From NCBI GenBank assembly GCA_013239625.1, contig MU054001.1, forward strand, positions 6,125,078 to 6,189,077: a stretch of DNA of 64,000 bases. The letters run 5' to 3'. The position numbers were made by a program, and so were the translations under genes. Below the pieces are notes generated by a model that saw only the letters and a list, made by a program, of their open reading frames with translations, was not told the origin of the DNA and ran no database searches. The stretch comes from Lama guanicoe (taxonomy: Eukaryota). Shown here one piece after another: positions 50,282 to 63,795 of this stretch (the first letter of the stretch is position 1; each line of letters begins with the position of its first letter).

Positions 50282-50510
50282 CTTTTCTGTCTTTTTCTTT
50301 TTCTTTTGTGATGAGAACGCCTAGGATTTACTCTCTTAACAATCTTCCTACGTGTCTTACAGCAGTGGTAACTAAAGCTGTCATGTTGTACATTACACCC
50401 TTACTACTTATTTATCTTGTAACTGGAAGTTTGTACCTTTGATCGCCTTCCTCCAAGTCCCCTGTGCCCCAGCCCCTTGCCTATGATAACTACAAATCTG
50501 ATCTCTTTTT
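50282..50510 (-). mobile_element. L1MA9-like 3' UTR fragment
   Basis: tttgtgatgagaac...atttactctctta...catgttgtacatta...cttatttatcttgtaactggaagtttgtacctttga. Confidence 0.8.
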
Positions 50511-50529
50511 TAATAAGCAAAATATTTCT

Positions 50530-50726
50530 TTTTTAAAAATTGAAGTATGGTCAGTTGTAATGTGTCAATTTCTGATTTACAGCATAATGTTTCAGTCATA
50601 CATATACACACATATATTTGTTTTCATATTTTTTTATTATAGGTTACTGCAAGATATTGAATATGGTTCTCTGTGCTATATAGAAGAAATTTGTCTTTAT
50701 TTTTATATATATTAGTTAATATGGAG
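50530..50726 (-). mobile_element. Young L1 3' end; 11-bp TSD
   Basis: aattgaagtatggtcagttgtaatgtgtcaatttctg; aaaatatttct at 50519-50529 and 50727-50737. Confidence 0.85.
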
Positions 50727-51341
50727 AAAATATTTCTAATTTCAATTGAGACACCACCTTTGACCCATGGTCAATATTACCATGGATAAGATAGAAGTAT
50801 ATTTCTTAATTTTTATATATGTAAGTTATATTTTTGTAATTGTTTTCCAACCTAAGTACATTAACTCTGAAAACATACTCTGAATTATTTAAATCGTTTG
50901 AAATTTATTGAAATTTGCTTGAAGACCCATTAATGCAAGAGATTTATTATAAATGGTAAATTATTGCAAATGATACCTGTGTGGTTTAAAAGCACAAGTA
51001 TTCTGTAGTTGTTGGATATAGCATTTTGATTTTTATTTTAAAAGGGTTGATCGAACATTCTATATTCTTATAATAGTTTGCCTGTTTTTCCAAGCACTCA
51101 CAGAAGGAAAGATGTTAAAACTTCCCCATTATGATATTAGATTTTTGATTTCTTGTTGTAGCTCTGTAATTTTTCCTTTATAGATTTTGAGGCTGTGTTT
51201 TTGGATGCATACAAATTTAGAACTGTGATATTTTTCTAGTGATTTGAAAATCTTATCACTTTGAGTTACACTTCTTATTACTTTTACTGTACAATTGTAT
51301 AGTTTTTTAAGTGGATTGCTCTAGAATTCATAATAAATATA

Positions 51342-51976
51342 CAAGCAATCTTTATTATTCATGGATTTCATATTTGTGAATTTGCCTATTCATTAAAATT
51401 TATTCATAACCACAAAATGAATACTCGTGGCACTTCCACATCTATTCACAGACATGCACAGAATGGTGAAAAATTTGAGTCATCCAACGTACATATTCCT
51501 GGCTGGAATAGAATAAGGTGATGTTCTCCCTTCTTATTTCAGTTTCATCATGTGAAAGTTCCTTTTCATCGTCTATTTAATGACACATTTTTCACACTTT
51601 GTACTTTTTTGGTGAATTTGATGTTTAAAATTGCCCCCTATTATAGTCCTGAAGTGCTGTCTTCAGTGCTGTCTTAACACTAAGTGTAAAAAAGCTGTGA
51701 TGTGCTTTACAGAAAAAAATATGTGTATTAAACAAACTTCATTCAGGAATGAATTATAATGCTATTGGTTGTGAGTTTGATGACAACAAATCAACAATAT
51801 ACATTAAATAAGATGTCTTTAAAGAGAAACACAAATCAAATAAGGTTCTCAATTAGTTGATATAAATGTTGACCAGAGGCTTGCAGGACTCTAATCCTGC
51901 ATTTCCCCTAGGAGCAATGGTTCAGTGTTTGTTAATTTTCTAGAACGTGACTATTGTAAATAATGCCAACCTACTC
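51342..51976. mobile_element. TcMar-Tigger MER82-like, TA-flanked
   Basis: ttattcatggatttcatatttgtgaatttgcctattcattaaaatttatt...gaaaaatttgagtc...atttcccctaggagcaatggttcag; TA on both sides. Confidence 0.85.
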
Positions 51977-52164
51977 TACTTAACTTTTCACAGTCTGCTT
52001 AGAATTAATATCTATCACTTCAGTTGGAATCTAGAAACTTGGTCACCATGTAGGTCCCTTACCTTCCCTCCTTCATGCTATAATTGTCGTAAGTAGTATA
52101 GCTATACATCAAAAATCCTACTAGACAATGTTACACTTTTTACTTTCAATCATTATACATATCT

Positions 52165-53456
52165 GTAAATCGGTGAAGCTAGAACACTCCTTTACACCAT
52201 ACACAAAAATAAACGTAAAATGGATCAAAGACTTAAACAGAAGACAAGATACAATAAACCTCCTAGAAGAAAATACAGGCAAAATATTATCTGACATACA
52301 TCTCAAAAATGTTCTCCTAGGACAGTTTACCCAAGCAATAGAAATAAAAGCAAGAATAAACAAATGGGACCTAATGAAACTTACAAGCTTCTGCACAGCA
52401 AAGGAAACCAGAAGTAAAACAAAAAAAACAGCCTACAGAATGGGAGAAAATTTTTGCAAATGAAACTGACAAACGCTTGATCTCCAGAATATATAAACAG
52501 CTCGTACAACTTAATAAGGAAAAAACAAACAACCCAATTCAAAAATAGGCAGAAGACCTAAACAAGCAATTCTCCAAGGAAGAAATATAAATGATCAATA
52601 GGCACATGAAAAAATGCTCAATATCACTAATTATCAGAGAAATGCAAATCAAAACTATGATGAGGTATCACCTCACACCAGTCAGAATGGCCATCATTCG
52701 AAAGTCCCAATGACAAATGCTGGAGAGGCTGTGGAGAAAGGGGAACCCTCCTACATTGCTGGTGGGAATGCAGTTTGGTGCAGCCACTATAGAAAACAGT
52801 GCGGAGATTCCTCAAAAGACTAGGAATAGACTTACCATATGACCCAGGAGTCCCTCTCCTGGGCTTGTATCCAGAAGGAAATCTACTTCAGGATGACACC
52901 TGCACCCCAATGTTCATAGCAGCACTATTTACAATAGCCAAAACATGGAAACAGCCTAAATGTCCATCAACAGGTGACTGGATAAAGAAGATGTGGTATA
53001 TTTATACAATGGAATACTACTCAGCCATAAAAACCAACAACATAACGCCACCATTTGCAGCAACATGGATGTTCCTGGAGAATGTCATTCTAAGTGAAGT
53101 AAGCCAGAAAGAGAAAGAAAAATACCATATGAGATCACTCATATGTGGAATCTGAATAAAACAAAACATAGATACAAAGCAGAAACAGACTCATAGACAT
53201 AGAATACAAACTTGTGGTTGCCAAGGGGGTGGGGGGTGGGAAGAGACAGACTGGGATTTCAAAATGTAGAATAGATAAACAAGATTATACTGTATAGCAC
53301 AGGGAAATATATATAAGATCTTATGGTAGCTCACAGCAAAAAAAAATGTGACAATGAATATATATATGTTCATGTTAAACTGAAAAATTGTGCTCTACAT
53401 TGGAATTTGACACAACATTGTAAAATGACTATAACTCAATAAAAAAAGTTTTAAAA
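52165..53456 (+). mobile_element. Young 5'-truncated L1 (about 1.3 kb); 17-bp TSD with one mismatch
   Basis: ORF2 C-terminal peptides (TPYTKINVKWIKDLN, KWDLMKLTSFCTAKET, TCTPMFIAALFTIAKTWKQPKCP) broken by frameshifts/stops; aatcattatacatatct 52148-52164 vs aattattatacatatct 53457-53473. Confidence 0.95.
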
Positions 53457-54559
53457 AATTATTATACATATCTCATCTTAAAAATTTAAAGGCAGGGATC
53501 CAGTCTATTGCATCTGTCAGTGTATTTACTATTTCTGTTATTATTTCATTCTCGAATTCCCAGTCCCTCTGGCATCATTTCTCTTCCACCTGACAACCTT
53601 ATTTGAGCACTTCTTTCAGAGCACTTGTTTCTGCTTTTATTTAGCAGACAATAGACCCAACTGGCACCAGACCACAAGTTCTGACCTAGTTTTTGTGGTC
53701 TGTGGTTTCAATGTCAGTGTTTACAAAGTTTATGCCATGTTATTCAGATATAGTCCGTGTATGAGTGACGCGGGGGCCAGGTGGTACCTGGATGGCGGTC
53801 CACCCACAACGTTGAGTTCTCAGAGTAGGTGGTTTGCTGTTTAGAATTGGATCCACATGCGTGCCGCATGGAGACTGAGCCCAGGAATTCATTCACAGCA
53901 ACTCCATAGGAGCCCTTCCCCACGCTCCCTCCTCTCCACAGCCCCGCACTCCCTCCCAGGACCCCCTTCCTGTTCTCTGGCTGGAAACCCAGGACTTTCA
54001 TGTCCCCAAAGTGCTGGGTGCTTCTCACAACTGGGTCCACCTCAGGAGAGAGAGAAAAAACAGTGGGGGACTCCTTCACTCTTCAGACAACACTTACATT
54101 TAGAAAGAAGGATTCGTCTTCCTCAGAATTTGAGATGCCTGCCTGGCCGCTGCTGCCACCGCTGTCTCTGCCAGGTTTCACTTTCAGGAGGAGGGAGAGG
54201 AAAGAAAAACTACAGGAAATTTCCCGCATTCTCTGTCTGATAGGGGCTCCTCTTCCTAATCCTCTGCCAAGAAAAGAGGGCTTCTCTTGGTGTTCTTTAT
54301 ATCCGCAGTCAGTGAGCTGGTCCAGGATTCTAGCGCCTTGGAACTAACATAAAACGTATAGTGAGGAAAGGCGGGAAAATCCTCAACATGTCAATTATGC
54401 TTCAAGTTCAGGTTTTCTTCTTCAATCTGCCCGGTACCATTTACTTTTCAGAGTCTGGGTAGCTGCTGCATGTATTCTGTCCAGGGCTTTTGGATACATT
54501 CAGGGAGAGAAACAGGGTGGAGTATGTTTATCCATCTTAATTGGGACTAGAAATGTTTT

Positions 54560-55590
54560 TGTATATTTCTGAGTTTTATATAGATTGTATCAAACTGTGT
54601 CATTCACGTGACTGAATATTTCATTTAACTTTATATTATCACACAGATCTTCCATATACATATATATTAACTGCTCTATTAACCTCTCACTGATGAATAT
54701 TTAGTTTCTCAATCTTACAAAAATGCTGCAGTGAACATCCCTGTACCTGTTTCCTTGTGTCTGTGTGTGAGAGTTTCTTTAGAACATATGCCTAGAAGTG
54801 TCATTACTGAGAAAAAAAGTTATACCCTATGTATATTATGAAATATTCTCCAGAGAAGCTGTGTCAGTTAGCACTCCTGCTGTCAGTGAATGAACATTTT
54901 CCACTCCTTCCCCACATCCTTGTAAGCAATTCATGCTATTAAATTTTTAACATATTTTCCACTCTGATTGTTGTGAAATGGTGTCTTACGATTGCTTTAT
55001 TTTTCATTTATTTTTTAAATGACTGTCTGATTGCAAAAGCACATATACGCTATAAAAGTAGCATATGCTAATATAGAAATGTGGAAAAATTGGGGCGAAA
55101 TAGAAAAGCATGAAGATTGCCTTATAAATGTAATACACCAAACTAATACAAGAGGTTGTTTCAGAGGAGTGAGACAGGCGCTTAGGGCACTGTGCTCAAA
55201 AGACTAGCTTTAGTGAAATACTTTAAATTTTCTGCATAAAAAATGTACTCATGCATTTCTTATCACTAAAAATTAACTTAAATTACAATTCTCTTATTGG
55301 GGTTTTCTTTCTATTTTATATGTTACCAAATTTTATGTTTATTGTATACTATTACATAGATATAAGTAGACTAGATTTGCAATTTAAAATCTTGAATTTT
55401 TTTTTTTTACTAATTTCTTTACTTAAAAAAATCTCTGTAAACATTTTTAACGGCTGTGCAAAGACCCATTCATATAATAATGTTATAATTTACTAAACCA
55501 TTCACCCTCATGGGCCTTGGAGCTGGTTTCAGTTTTTCCTCTTAGGGAAAAAAGTAACACTTCAAGGAACATCTTTGTCAACCGGCAATA
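54560..55590 (-). mobile_element. L1ME fragments
   Basis: aatgctgcagtgaacatcc...catatgcctagaagtg...cccacatccttg...tgtgaaatggtgtct. Confidence 0.6.
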
Positions 55591-57093
55591 CAGGAAAGCA
55601 CTTTGCAAGATAGTGAAATTTTGTGTTTTAACAATTCTCTAGTTTCTTTTTTGATGTTTCCCTGAGAGGAATTTCGTAAAACAGTCCTTTAATTTGTCTA
55701 AAATATAGTTTCACTATGGGGAGATAAGTGTGTGTGTGGGAGAGAGAGAGGACCATCTTCTAAGGTCCAGCCACACGTAGGCTGGACAAACACGTCACTG
55801 GCGGCAGCATCTGCACTTAGTCCTCCACTCCGTCCTGCAGGAGACTGGAGGAAACTGCAGATCCAGTCCCGCCCAGAGAAATTCCCCCTGCCTAAAATAG
55901 CACAGAATGCTCAGTTCATTTGACAGGGAGATCCCTGGAGAAATGCTGTTATTAAATGATTGAATTCAAAACATCGTTTTACAGTGCATAGCCCTCCTCA
56001 GACAGCTTTGTGCTTACAGATTCTTTTTGAAACATTCAAATCAGATGAAAATCAAACACTCAAAATGTAGTCACACAAGCCAATTGGTAATTCTAAAAGC
56101 TGGTGTTAAAAACTGAACAGAGATCCACTTTGCAAAGATAAAAATAATTCTTGAGCTCACTCTCATTTTACAGCATTACTTTCAGTTTTTCTCTATGTAC
56201 ATTTTAAGTTATTGGCATAATAGTATATAGACCATTTTTATCTTGCTTTCTTTTTTACTTAACTTTTTACTGTGAGCACTGTACCTGCCATTCATCACTC
56301 CCTGTGGCATCATTTTTAATAGCTGCATAACCTACTATAATTTACCACTTGCCCTTAGCTATCTGGAGAGTTCTTAGAAGCAGTGCTATACTCCTCCCCA
56401 TTTTACAGATAAGATTGTTGCAGAGTCTGGTATCCTATTTCAGGGATGAAAAAAAATTATGATCTAGTGATTCTTATTGCTAACTGTGATTTCCATAGAA
56501 AATGAGAGTCCAAATAATCACTGTTTTTAAACTTCAATTGCCTTGTTTTAGCCGAGTTGTTGTCCATTTCCATGGAAACAGAAGAAAGAGCAGCAGTGGA
56601 GTGAGAACTGGCTTTGGTGAGCGTCGAAAATAATTGCTGCCTGAGAGCAGGACTGTCACTTTCTAAATCGCACCTGCCCGGCCCCGGGCATGAGACACAC
56701 ATCTGGGGCTTGTAGATTATCGACTTTGGGATGTAAAAAGAAGAGTTTTGCCAGATCTGACACCCGCCTCCCCGTTAAGCCTCGCCAGTCTAAACAGTTC
56801 GGGCAAAATTAGATTTTTTTTTTACCCAAAATTTGCAGGGAAACTACCTTGTTGTTTCTCCAGTGTTTTCAAGATTTGCTGAACGTTCTACTTCATTTAC
56901 AGGGAAAAGGCTTACTCTTCTCAAAATGTAATGACTGTCAAGTGATTTGCTCTATGAACAGCAATAGAGAGTAAGGCTGTCAGAACTATGGTCTGACTCT
57001 TCAAGAAACTATCACATATCACTTCAGGCACTAATATTTGAACGTTTTACTATGGAAAAATTCAAAACATCATCTCAACTAGGCAGAATCAAG

Positions 57094-57311
57094 CACGGGC
57101 CAGCAAATTTTGTTCCATGGGCCGGAACTGGCCTGCCACCTGTTTTTGCAAAGTTTCATTGGAACATGGCCATGTTCATTCATTTACTTCCTGTCTACAG
57201 CTGCTTTCACACTGAAACTGCAGAGTTGGGTGGTTGAAACAAAGACCATATGGCCTGAATGCCTACCTTATTTACTATCTGGCCCTTTGGGAAAATGTGT
57301 ACTGGTCCCTG
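57094..57311. mobile_element. hAT-Charlie MER58A-like, inside an old L1 3' end (about 57030-57365)
   Basis: cacgggccagcaaa...cctgtttttg...ttggaacatggccatgttcattcattt...tatttactatctggcccttt...ccctg. Confidence 0.85.
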
Positions 57312-58189
57312 ATCTAATGAAGTCCATATACCCATCACTCAGTTTCAATGGTTATCAACTCATGAGGGGCCTACACTAACAGATGAGCTGTATTGTTTTA
57401 AGCCTCTCTTTACGCCTGTTAGGAAGCATTCATTCATATACAACAAAATATCAACAGCTAAAAATCGTTGCAACTTGAGTCACGACAACTAAATCAAGCA
57501 AATATTCATCTACTAGCCATGTGGGATGGCTGTAATTTCTTCCTCCCTCTCCTGATTGTGTCCCTCTGGTCTTGGTACTGAGGGAAAGAGCAGGGACCAG
57601 AAGTCAAGAATGAGAAGACAGCAGAGGATGCTTCAGAAAGGCATGTGACAGTGTCGAGGTGAAGGAGGAACCAGAACTGACAAAGAAGTCTCCAGCATCC
57701 TCTCTCCCTCACCTCATGCCCAGGAGCCTGCCCAGCACACACTGCCAGCCCTGATTTCAAGATTTTCTTGTACCCAAACTGGGTTTAGACAGCAAGGTAC
57801 AGAGACAGTACGTGGAGCCCACAGCCGAGCGCTGGGCTGTGCTGCTATTTGCTGCACAATGCTGGGCAGTGCATTCGCCAGTTCTGCATTCAGCAGACTC
57901 AGTTTGTTCAGAAATTAAAGGGCATCGTCTCTGCCTCTCGTCCCCCCAGCTCCCTGAATCCTGAAGATCAGATCGGGTGGATATGCACAAATATGTGTTT
58001 CAGAACACCGTAATTCACCTGGATGGCGGGTAGGAGGGAAAACTTGTCGAAACCATCCAAATGGCACTCAAGAATTGAGTGGAACAAACAAACAACAACA
58101 ACAACAAAAACATGAGACAAAGAGGGGATGCGTCCTTCCTTTGTTTCCCCATATCTTTTCACTTTTTTCAACGCGCTTTCAGATTTGCC

Positions 58190-58470
58190 CATTTATTTTA
58201 TCCTCAGAGCCTGCCTTTGAGGTATGGGAGGCAATTTATCTAAACCCACATTTTATAGATGAGCAATACGAGGCACTGAGAAGTAAACACCATTTCTCAA
58301 AGCCGCGAGATGGTAAGGCTCACAGCACAGATAGTGGGAGGCAACCAACAGGACTCAGATTTCTGATTCTATCACGTGCCAACTTTGTCTCCTTGAACAA
58401 ATTCTTTAACTCTTTTTCCTCCTCTGTAAAATGTAGGCAATACCTAACGAGTGCTTAACAAATATTTTTT
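58190..58470. mobile_element. Two opposed MIR fragments
   Basis: cattttatagatgagcaatacgaggcac (minus) then tttcctcctctgtaaaatg (plus). Confidence 0.65.
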
Positions 58471-58541
58471 TTCCATAATGTGTATCCTGGGAAGAAAACA
58501 AAAGATCAGCATGATTTTTGCTTACCTATTTTGGGCATTTT

Positions 58542-58803
58542 AAAATATATATATATATTTTATTGAAATATAGTCAGTTTACAATGTATCAATTTCTGGT
58601 GTACAGCACAATGTTTCAGGCAGACATATACATACCTATATTCATTTTCATATTCTTTTTCATTATAGGTCACTACAAGATATTGAATATAGTTCCCTGT
58701 GCTCTACAGTATGAACTTGTTGTTTGTCTATTTTATATACAGTGGTTAGTATCTGCAAATCTTGAAGTCCCAATTTATCCCTTCCTACCCCCTCCCTCCC
58801 GTG
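58542..58803 (-). mobile_element. Young L1 3' UTR
   Basis: attgaaatatagtcagtttacaatg...caagatattgaatatagttccctgtgct...cccaatttatcccttcc; imperfect TSD tttgggcatttt / tttggcctttt. Confidence 0.9.
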
Positions 58804-59935
58804 CTTTGGCCTTTTAATAGGAGAGGTGCGTAAGACTGAAAGAGCGGAGTTCTGTCCTAACTCTGGGTGAGTAGTCAGTGTCCATTATCACCGTGAATGG
58901 AGGAGAAGGGTTAATGCTCAGCATTTTGAGAGGATGCTCTGGTTCTGTTCTTAGACACAATTTCAAAACAGCAGCTCTAAATGATAAGATTCCTTAGCCT
59001 AGGCTACTAGCCTTGACTTTTGGAAACTTAATCTTCAGCCAGAACTTGAGTCAGATGGCTTTTGGGTTGGCTAAGAAAGGTGACATCTCCATCCAAAAGT
59101 TACTAAGGCATTAGGAATGTTCATGCTCCCAGACTGCTGACAGCTGCACCTTCCCAGCCATCCCACCCTCCTTTGGGGAAGTAGAAGTTCAACAGGTTGT
59201 ACCGTGAAGACACCCAGGGCTAGCAGAGGCAGGTAGACACACAACTGCTGTGGCACAAAACTAGCAGGGCTGCCGGCTGGCACATGAATGACCAAGCACG
59301 CAAGCCATCAATATCATTCCCATCCACTTTCTCAGAGTCACGCCTCTGCATGCTGTTTGCCGTGGTGAGATTTTCTCCTCTTCAGCCTATTATCCTAGCA
59401 TTCATCTGTCCTGTCAACACATCATAAATTGTTTGTAATGCATCGTTCCAGAATAGCACTGAAGTAAGGAGAATAAATAGATCCTGATAGACGTATTGCT
59501 ACCCAACGAGATTGAACCGTTAAACAGCTCATGAATATTTAGGAGGTGTTGACTTCTGTTTCTCACCTCAGAAGGTGTTTGGGAAATTTTGCCACAAATG
59601 GGGGTCTGATGTTTGGGAAGCCGGGGAAGTGAATGAACAGACAGAGCTGGGAACGGGACAGGTTTTAAGCTCTGTCACTAAGTGGAATAACTGGCTGGGA
59701 AGTATTTGATTTTTGGTTTTTAGCAAGTCCCTTAAACTCTCTGGGTTTTAATCCGCTTCTCTGAAAGTATGTCTGAGGTCTTCCCAAGGTTTTGAGACTT
59801 TGATTCTCGGGGGAGGAGGGGCCCCTTGTACATCACATCCGTCCTCGCAGCCTCACCTGACCAGGGCCTTGAGACGCTCATTCCAGCCCTGGTCAGCACA
59901 GCAGGGACCAGCTCAGGTTGACTCAGCCCCACTCA

Positions 59936-60375
59936 AACACAACCTGGCAGTGCCTTGCCTCAGGCCTGCACCTCCCACCTTCACCCTCTTGTCCTGGGAC
60001 TTCCCCATTTGACACCAAGGGATCCACGCTGCACCCAAGTCTGCAAATATGAGGGCATTCAAGCCCTGTAGGTCAAGCATTTGACCAATGGGAGATGGGA
60101 TCTGGCAGAAATTCTTCTCTCTTGTTGAACCAAATGGGCTGTTCTAAGAGGCATCTTTTTATTTGGCATTGTAGAAGACGGTCCCATGGGATAGAGCGAT
60201 CAGTTACATTTACCAAGGGTGGCCAGCTTATCAAGGCACCCTCATCCTGGCTTTCCCTCCTCTGCCCTGCTTCCCTGTCCCTCACGCTTGCCCCCTAGGA
60301 TTGTATTCACTACTAAAGAGATAGCACATGAACTTTGCTTCAGGCTTTACTTTCTGGGGAAACTAAACTAAGACC
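59936..60375 (+). mobile_element. ERVL solo LTR of LTR16/33/41 group
   Basis: tttgaccaatgggagatggga...tggctttccctcctctgccctg...tcaggctttactttctggggaaactaaactaagac. Confidence 0.7.
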
Positions 60376-60957
60376 CTGGGACTATTCAGATCAAGCAATG
60401 TGAGATTTACAATCCAATAGAAACACCCAAATTCCTACATTTGATTTGTGACTGTTTTTGGAAAGTAGAGTATCATTGGGCAATTATTTTTGTCTATCTG
60501 CCTGTGAACCTATCTACCTAGAGAGAGAAATAAAAATAAAATTAATCTATAAATGAGGCAAGAAAACACAGACCTCCCCATCACCAAGACTTCAGAGTGG
60601 GAGCAAACAGCCAACGTGGTTTTTTTCCGCGGCTGCCTTGCTTAACGTGAACCCAACAAGACAACTCAGACAGCTGGCTCCCTGAGGCATTATTTGTCCT
60701 CACCATCATCATTCGATTCCACAATACCCAGGGTTTTGATATTGGATTTCTTCTGAAAATAATTCTGCCTAAAATTTTTACAGATTTCTATGTGGCCTCA
60801 CCTGGGCCCTGGTCACAAAAGAAAACACATATTCCAAGAATAGGAAACTGAACTCTAAGATGCTACACTAAATGATATCATGTCAGTATCCTTTTGGTTA
60901 TTCTCTCAGGCCTTGAAGATGCTCTCCAAGTTTACACAAAGTCGTATGTGGGTGCTT

Positions 60958-61527
60958 TGGTGCTACTGTTGTCATCTGACCAGCTTTCTGCTTTCTCCTG
61001 TCCCAGCCGCCACCTTCTTCTGGTTGCAAACCTTTGTTCCCTGGACAGAGTTGGGTGTATGACCCAGGCTGGGCCAATCTTAGTACCATCACCTAATCCT
61101 CAAGCCAGAAACTTGTCCGGGGAAAGGGACTTGACCCAATCTAGGCCAACCAGAGGCTTTGGCTTCTTTTTCTTCCTGACAGAACTAGCATTTAAGACTC
61201 CCTCTTCCCTTTGACAGATGCTCCACGTGATGTGACCCCAGAGTTTTCAGCGAGAGTGATCACTGCCAAATGGAGAAAACTTTTCTGGCAAAGAAAAGAA
61301 TGAAGCCAAAGCAGAGAGAAAAAACAAAGATTAAGAGATGAAGAGAGGGAGACAGAGTCGTGGTATCAAGTCGCCAGTTCCCAGCTTTGAGCTTCACATA
61401 TCCCTGCAGCTGGTTTTCATTCTCTAAAGGTGCCCCAGTATGATGTTCCTAAATCCCCTGCTTTGCTTAAGCTGGCTGGAATTGGGTTTCTGTCACTTGC
61501 AATCAAAAGAATCCTCGTTAACATAGA
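60958..61527 (+). mobile_element. MaLR LTR MLT1K-like
   Basis: tgacccaggctgggccaatc...gaatgaagccaa...tgcttaagctggctggaattgggtttctgtcacttgcaatcaaaagaatcct. Confidence 0.8.
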
Positions 61528-62674
61528 TGTGTATAAAAACTAAAGCCCTTTCTCTATTTTAATATGCCTTGCTATTGGCTTTCTCTTGGTGCAAAATAAA
61601 GAACTCAGTGTGGACCTTCCAACTTCCTGTGCACTAGTTAGTTAAACTGGTTGTGTGGATTATCTTTGCACCTTCATCCATCACTCCTTTTTTTCATGCC
61701 ATAGAGAGATTGTATTTGGATGCCTGCACAAACCAGAACAGGAAACCATAGCTTAAGATGACAGATAAAAGTCAACCAAGCCAGTTTGCTCCTCTGTGCG
61801 AATGTTAAATTTCACCCATGTGCACGTACAGCAGATGGAGGAAAAACCCCAAATGTTCAAATTTTATTTTGTCTGATTCAGGCACACGGTCAGGTAGGTA
61901 GAAAACCTGGACTTATTCTTTGGGTGGATGGAGGTTTTTCACCATGCACTTTCATGATTATTTATTTTCATATCTTTCAGAGGCACAGATAGCTGAGTAA
62001 TTCTGCAGCATGGAATACCTAATTGCATTCAGTAATTACATGGGAAGCTGCAGTGTGGAAAGTAAAGAGTTACCAAAATAACACGTTGCCTCTGACAAAA
62101 TGCGAGGAAAATTATCATTCTGGCTCCAGCAGAAGCAGCTGCTTGCCATGAGGCTGGTGCCCTCCTGCTTCTCTGGGCATCTCTGCCACCCTTGCTTATG
62201 GGTGTGAAACTGCCAGGGACGCTCTGAGAGCTGAGGCTTGTGGTTGCAACATGTCTTTCTCTGAAACAAGTTATGTGGACTCCTTTCATACTTGAAAAAG
62301 GCTGTGTTTCAAAAATCAATTCCCAGGCATCTGCCATTCTACCTTCTGAAAGATTTTCTTCAAAGATGAAGGCACTTCAGTATGGGGTCCTGATGTCTTA
62401 GTTATCCAGCTCTGAGAACCTGCCAACATGCACTCTGGATCCCAGTGTGAGCCCATCTACCCCAATAAACAGCAGGAATCAAAATCCTTTGCATTGGCAT
62501 GGTACTGTCTTCTCAAAGAGGTTCCATTTTAAACTCGACTTCTACCCTATTTGATTTATAAGACAGGGATGATTGTCACAATTTGATGGAGAATAAACTT
62601 GAGAAAAATGAAAGGATGCAGGATGAGTTAAGACTGATCCTAACTCATACAGAGCGTGTGACCTCCTTTTTGCT

Positions 62675-62677
<3 letters not shown>

Positions 62678-62719
<42 letters not shown>
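62678..62719. repeat. (AC)21 microsatellite
   Basis: seen directly. Confidence 0.97.
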
Positions 62720-62720
<1 letters not shown>

Positions 62721-63687
62721 AGTTAGAGGTGTCAATTAACAGTGATTATCTGCTGCCTGATTATTTCCCTCAGGAGATATGAGACCACTCCCAGTATTTT
62801 CTTATCTTGACCTTGGTTAATCCACCACAGGATAAAAAATTAACTTTTTAAATCAAAGTATGGATCTATCTGTGATCTCCCTCATTCCAGCCAATTTACA
62901 GTTGACTGTGTATGACCTCAAGTATTCGCAAAAAGGAAAAACTCATAGTGCTATACTATACCAGTCTGCTTTGAGCCTCGGGATTCCTAGCATTGGTATG
63001 TGAATTCCATGAAAATTAATGTATCAACAAAGACCTTTAGAAAGTTCCTCAAAAGATGATAACAGAAAAAAACCAAAGAAACTACAGACCAAGCATTAGA
63101 CAGTCTCTGAAATAATTCTCTTCAATCATTATTAAAAGAACACTATTGCAAAAAAAAATCATAAAAAAAGATTGCAAACCTCATCTCATAAGATGTTTAG
63201 TTACTAAGGTGGACTCTGTCAGGGAGAAAACTAAGGTAGAGATGGCAGTGGAAGGTCAGAATCCAGGGTAAGAGGGAATACACCCCAGAGGGGTCTTGAT
63301 ACAGCTTTGTGATTTTTGTACAATATAAAATGTTACTACAAAATAAGAGCACTGGGGAGGTGGTGTTCAGAGATCCCCCTACCTGCTCTGATGGGGCACA
63401 GTGTCCACTAAGGATCCGTGGTGGGTCTACCACATAGGGTCATTGGGCCAAGGAAGTTGTGAGGAAACTGAAGTCACCAGACGGTGGGTCGGCAGAGGGG
63501 AGCTGTCCCTGCTGCTCAGTGACCTCTAGCCTTCTAGCTGACTGGTTATTGTTCTTCTGGGTGCTTAGAAAACATTACCCAGAGGCACTTAGCAACTTTC
63601 TAACCACAGCAAAAAGAAAACGAGGTCTGAGTAATTTTGTGAAGAAAATGGGAAACAGTTTTCTGTACCTAGAAGACACTTAATAAA

Positions 63688-63795
63688 TAAGAGGAGAGAA
63701 AAAGGAAGAGAGAGAAAGAGGAGGAGGAGGGTGGAAGGAGAGGAAGGAAGAGGAAGACGAGGAGGGGGAGGAGGAGAAGGAGAAGAAAGAGAAAC
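63688..63795. repeat. GA-rich polypurine low-complexity tract
   Basis: seen directly. Confidence 0.9.

Larger units (their letters stand above)
49575..54555 (-). mobile_element. Very old L1ME-like element(s) with multiple nested inserts
   Basis: T-rich antisense L1 motifs (ctttgacccatgg, attctgtagttgttgg, ggatgcatacaaatttagaa); 5'-end-like tccatcttaattgggactagaaat near 54550. Confidence 0.65.

Noticed and set aside
52128..53155. L1 ORF2 as a functional gene
   Set aside because: 5'-truncated, lacks the EN and RT domains, and is frameshifted
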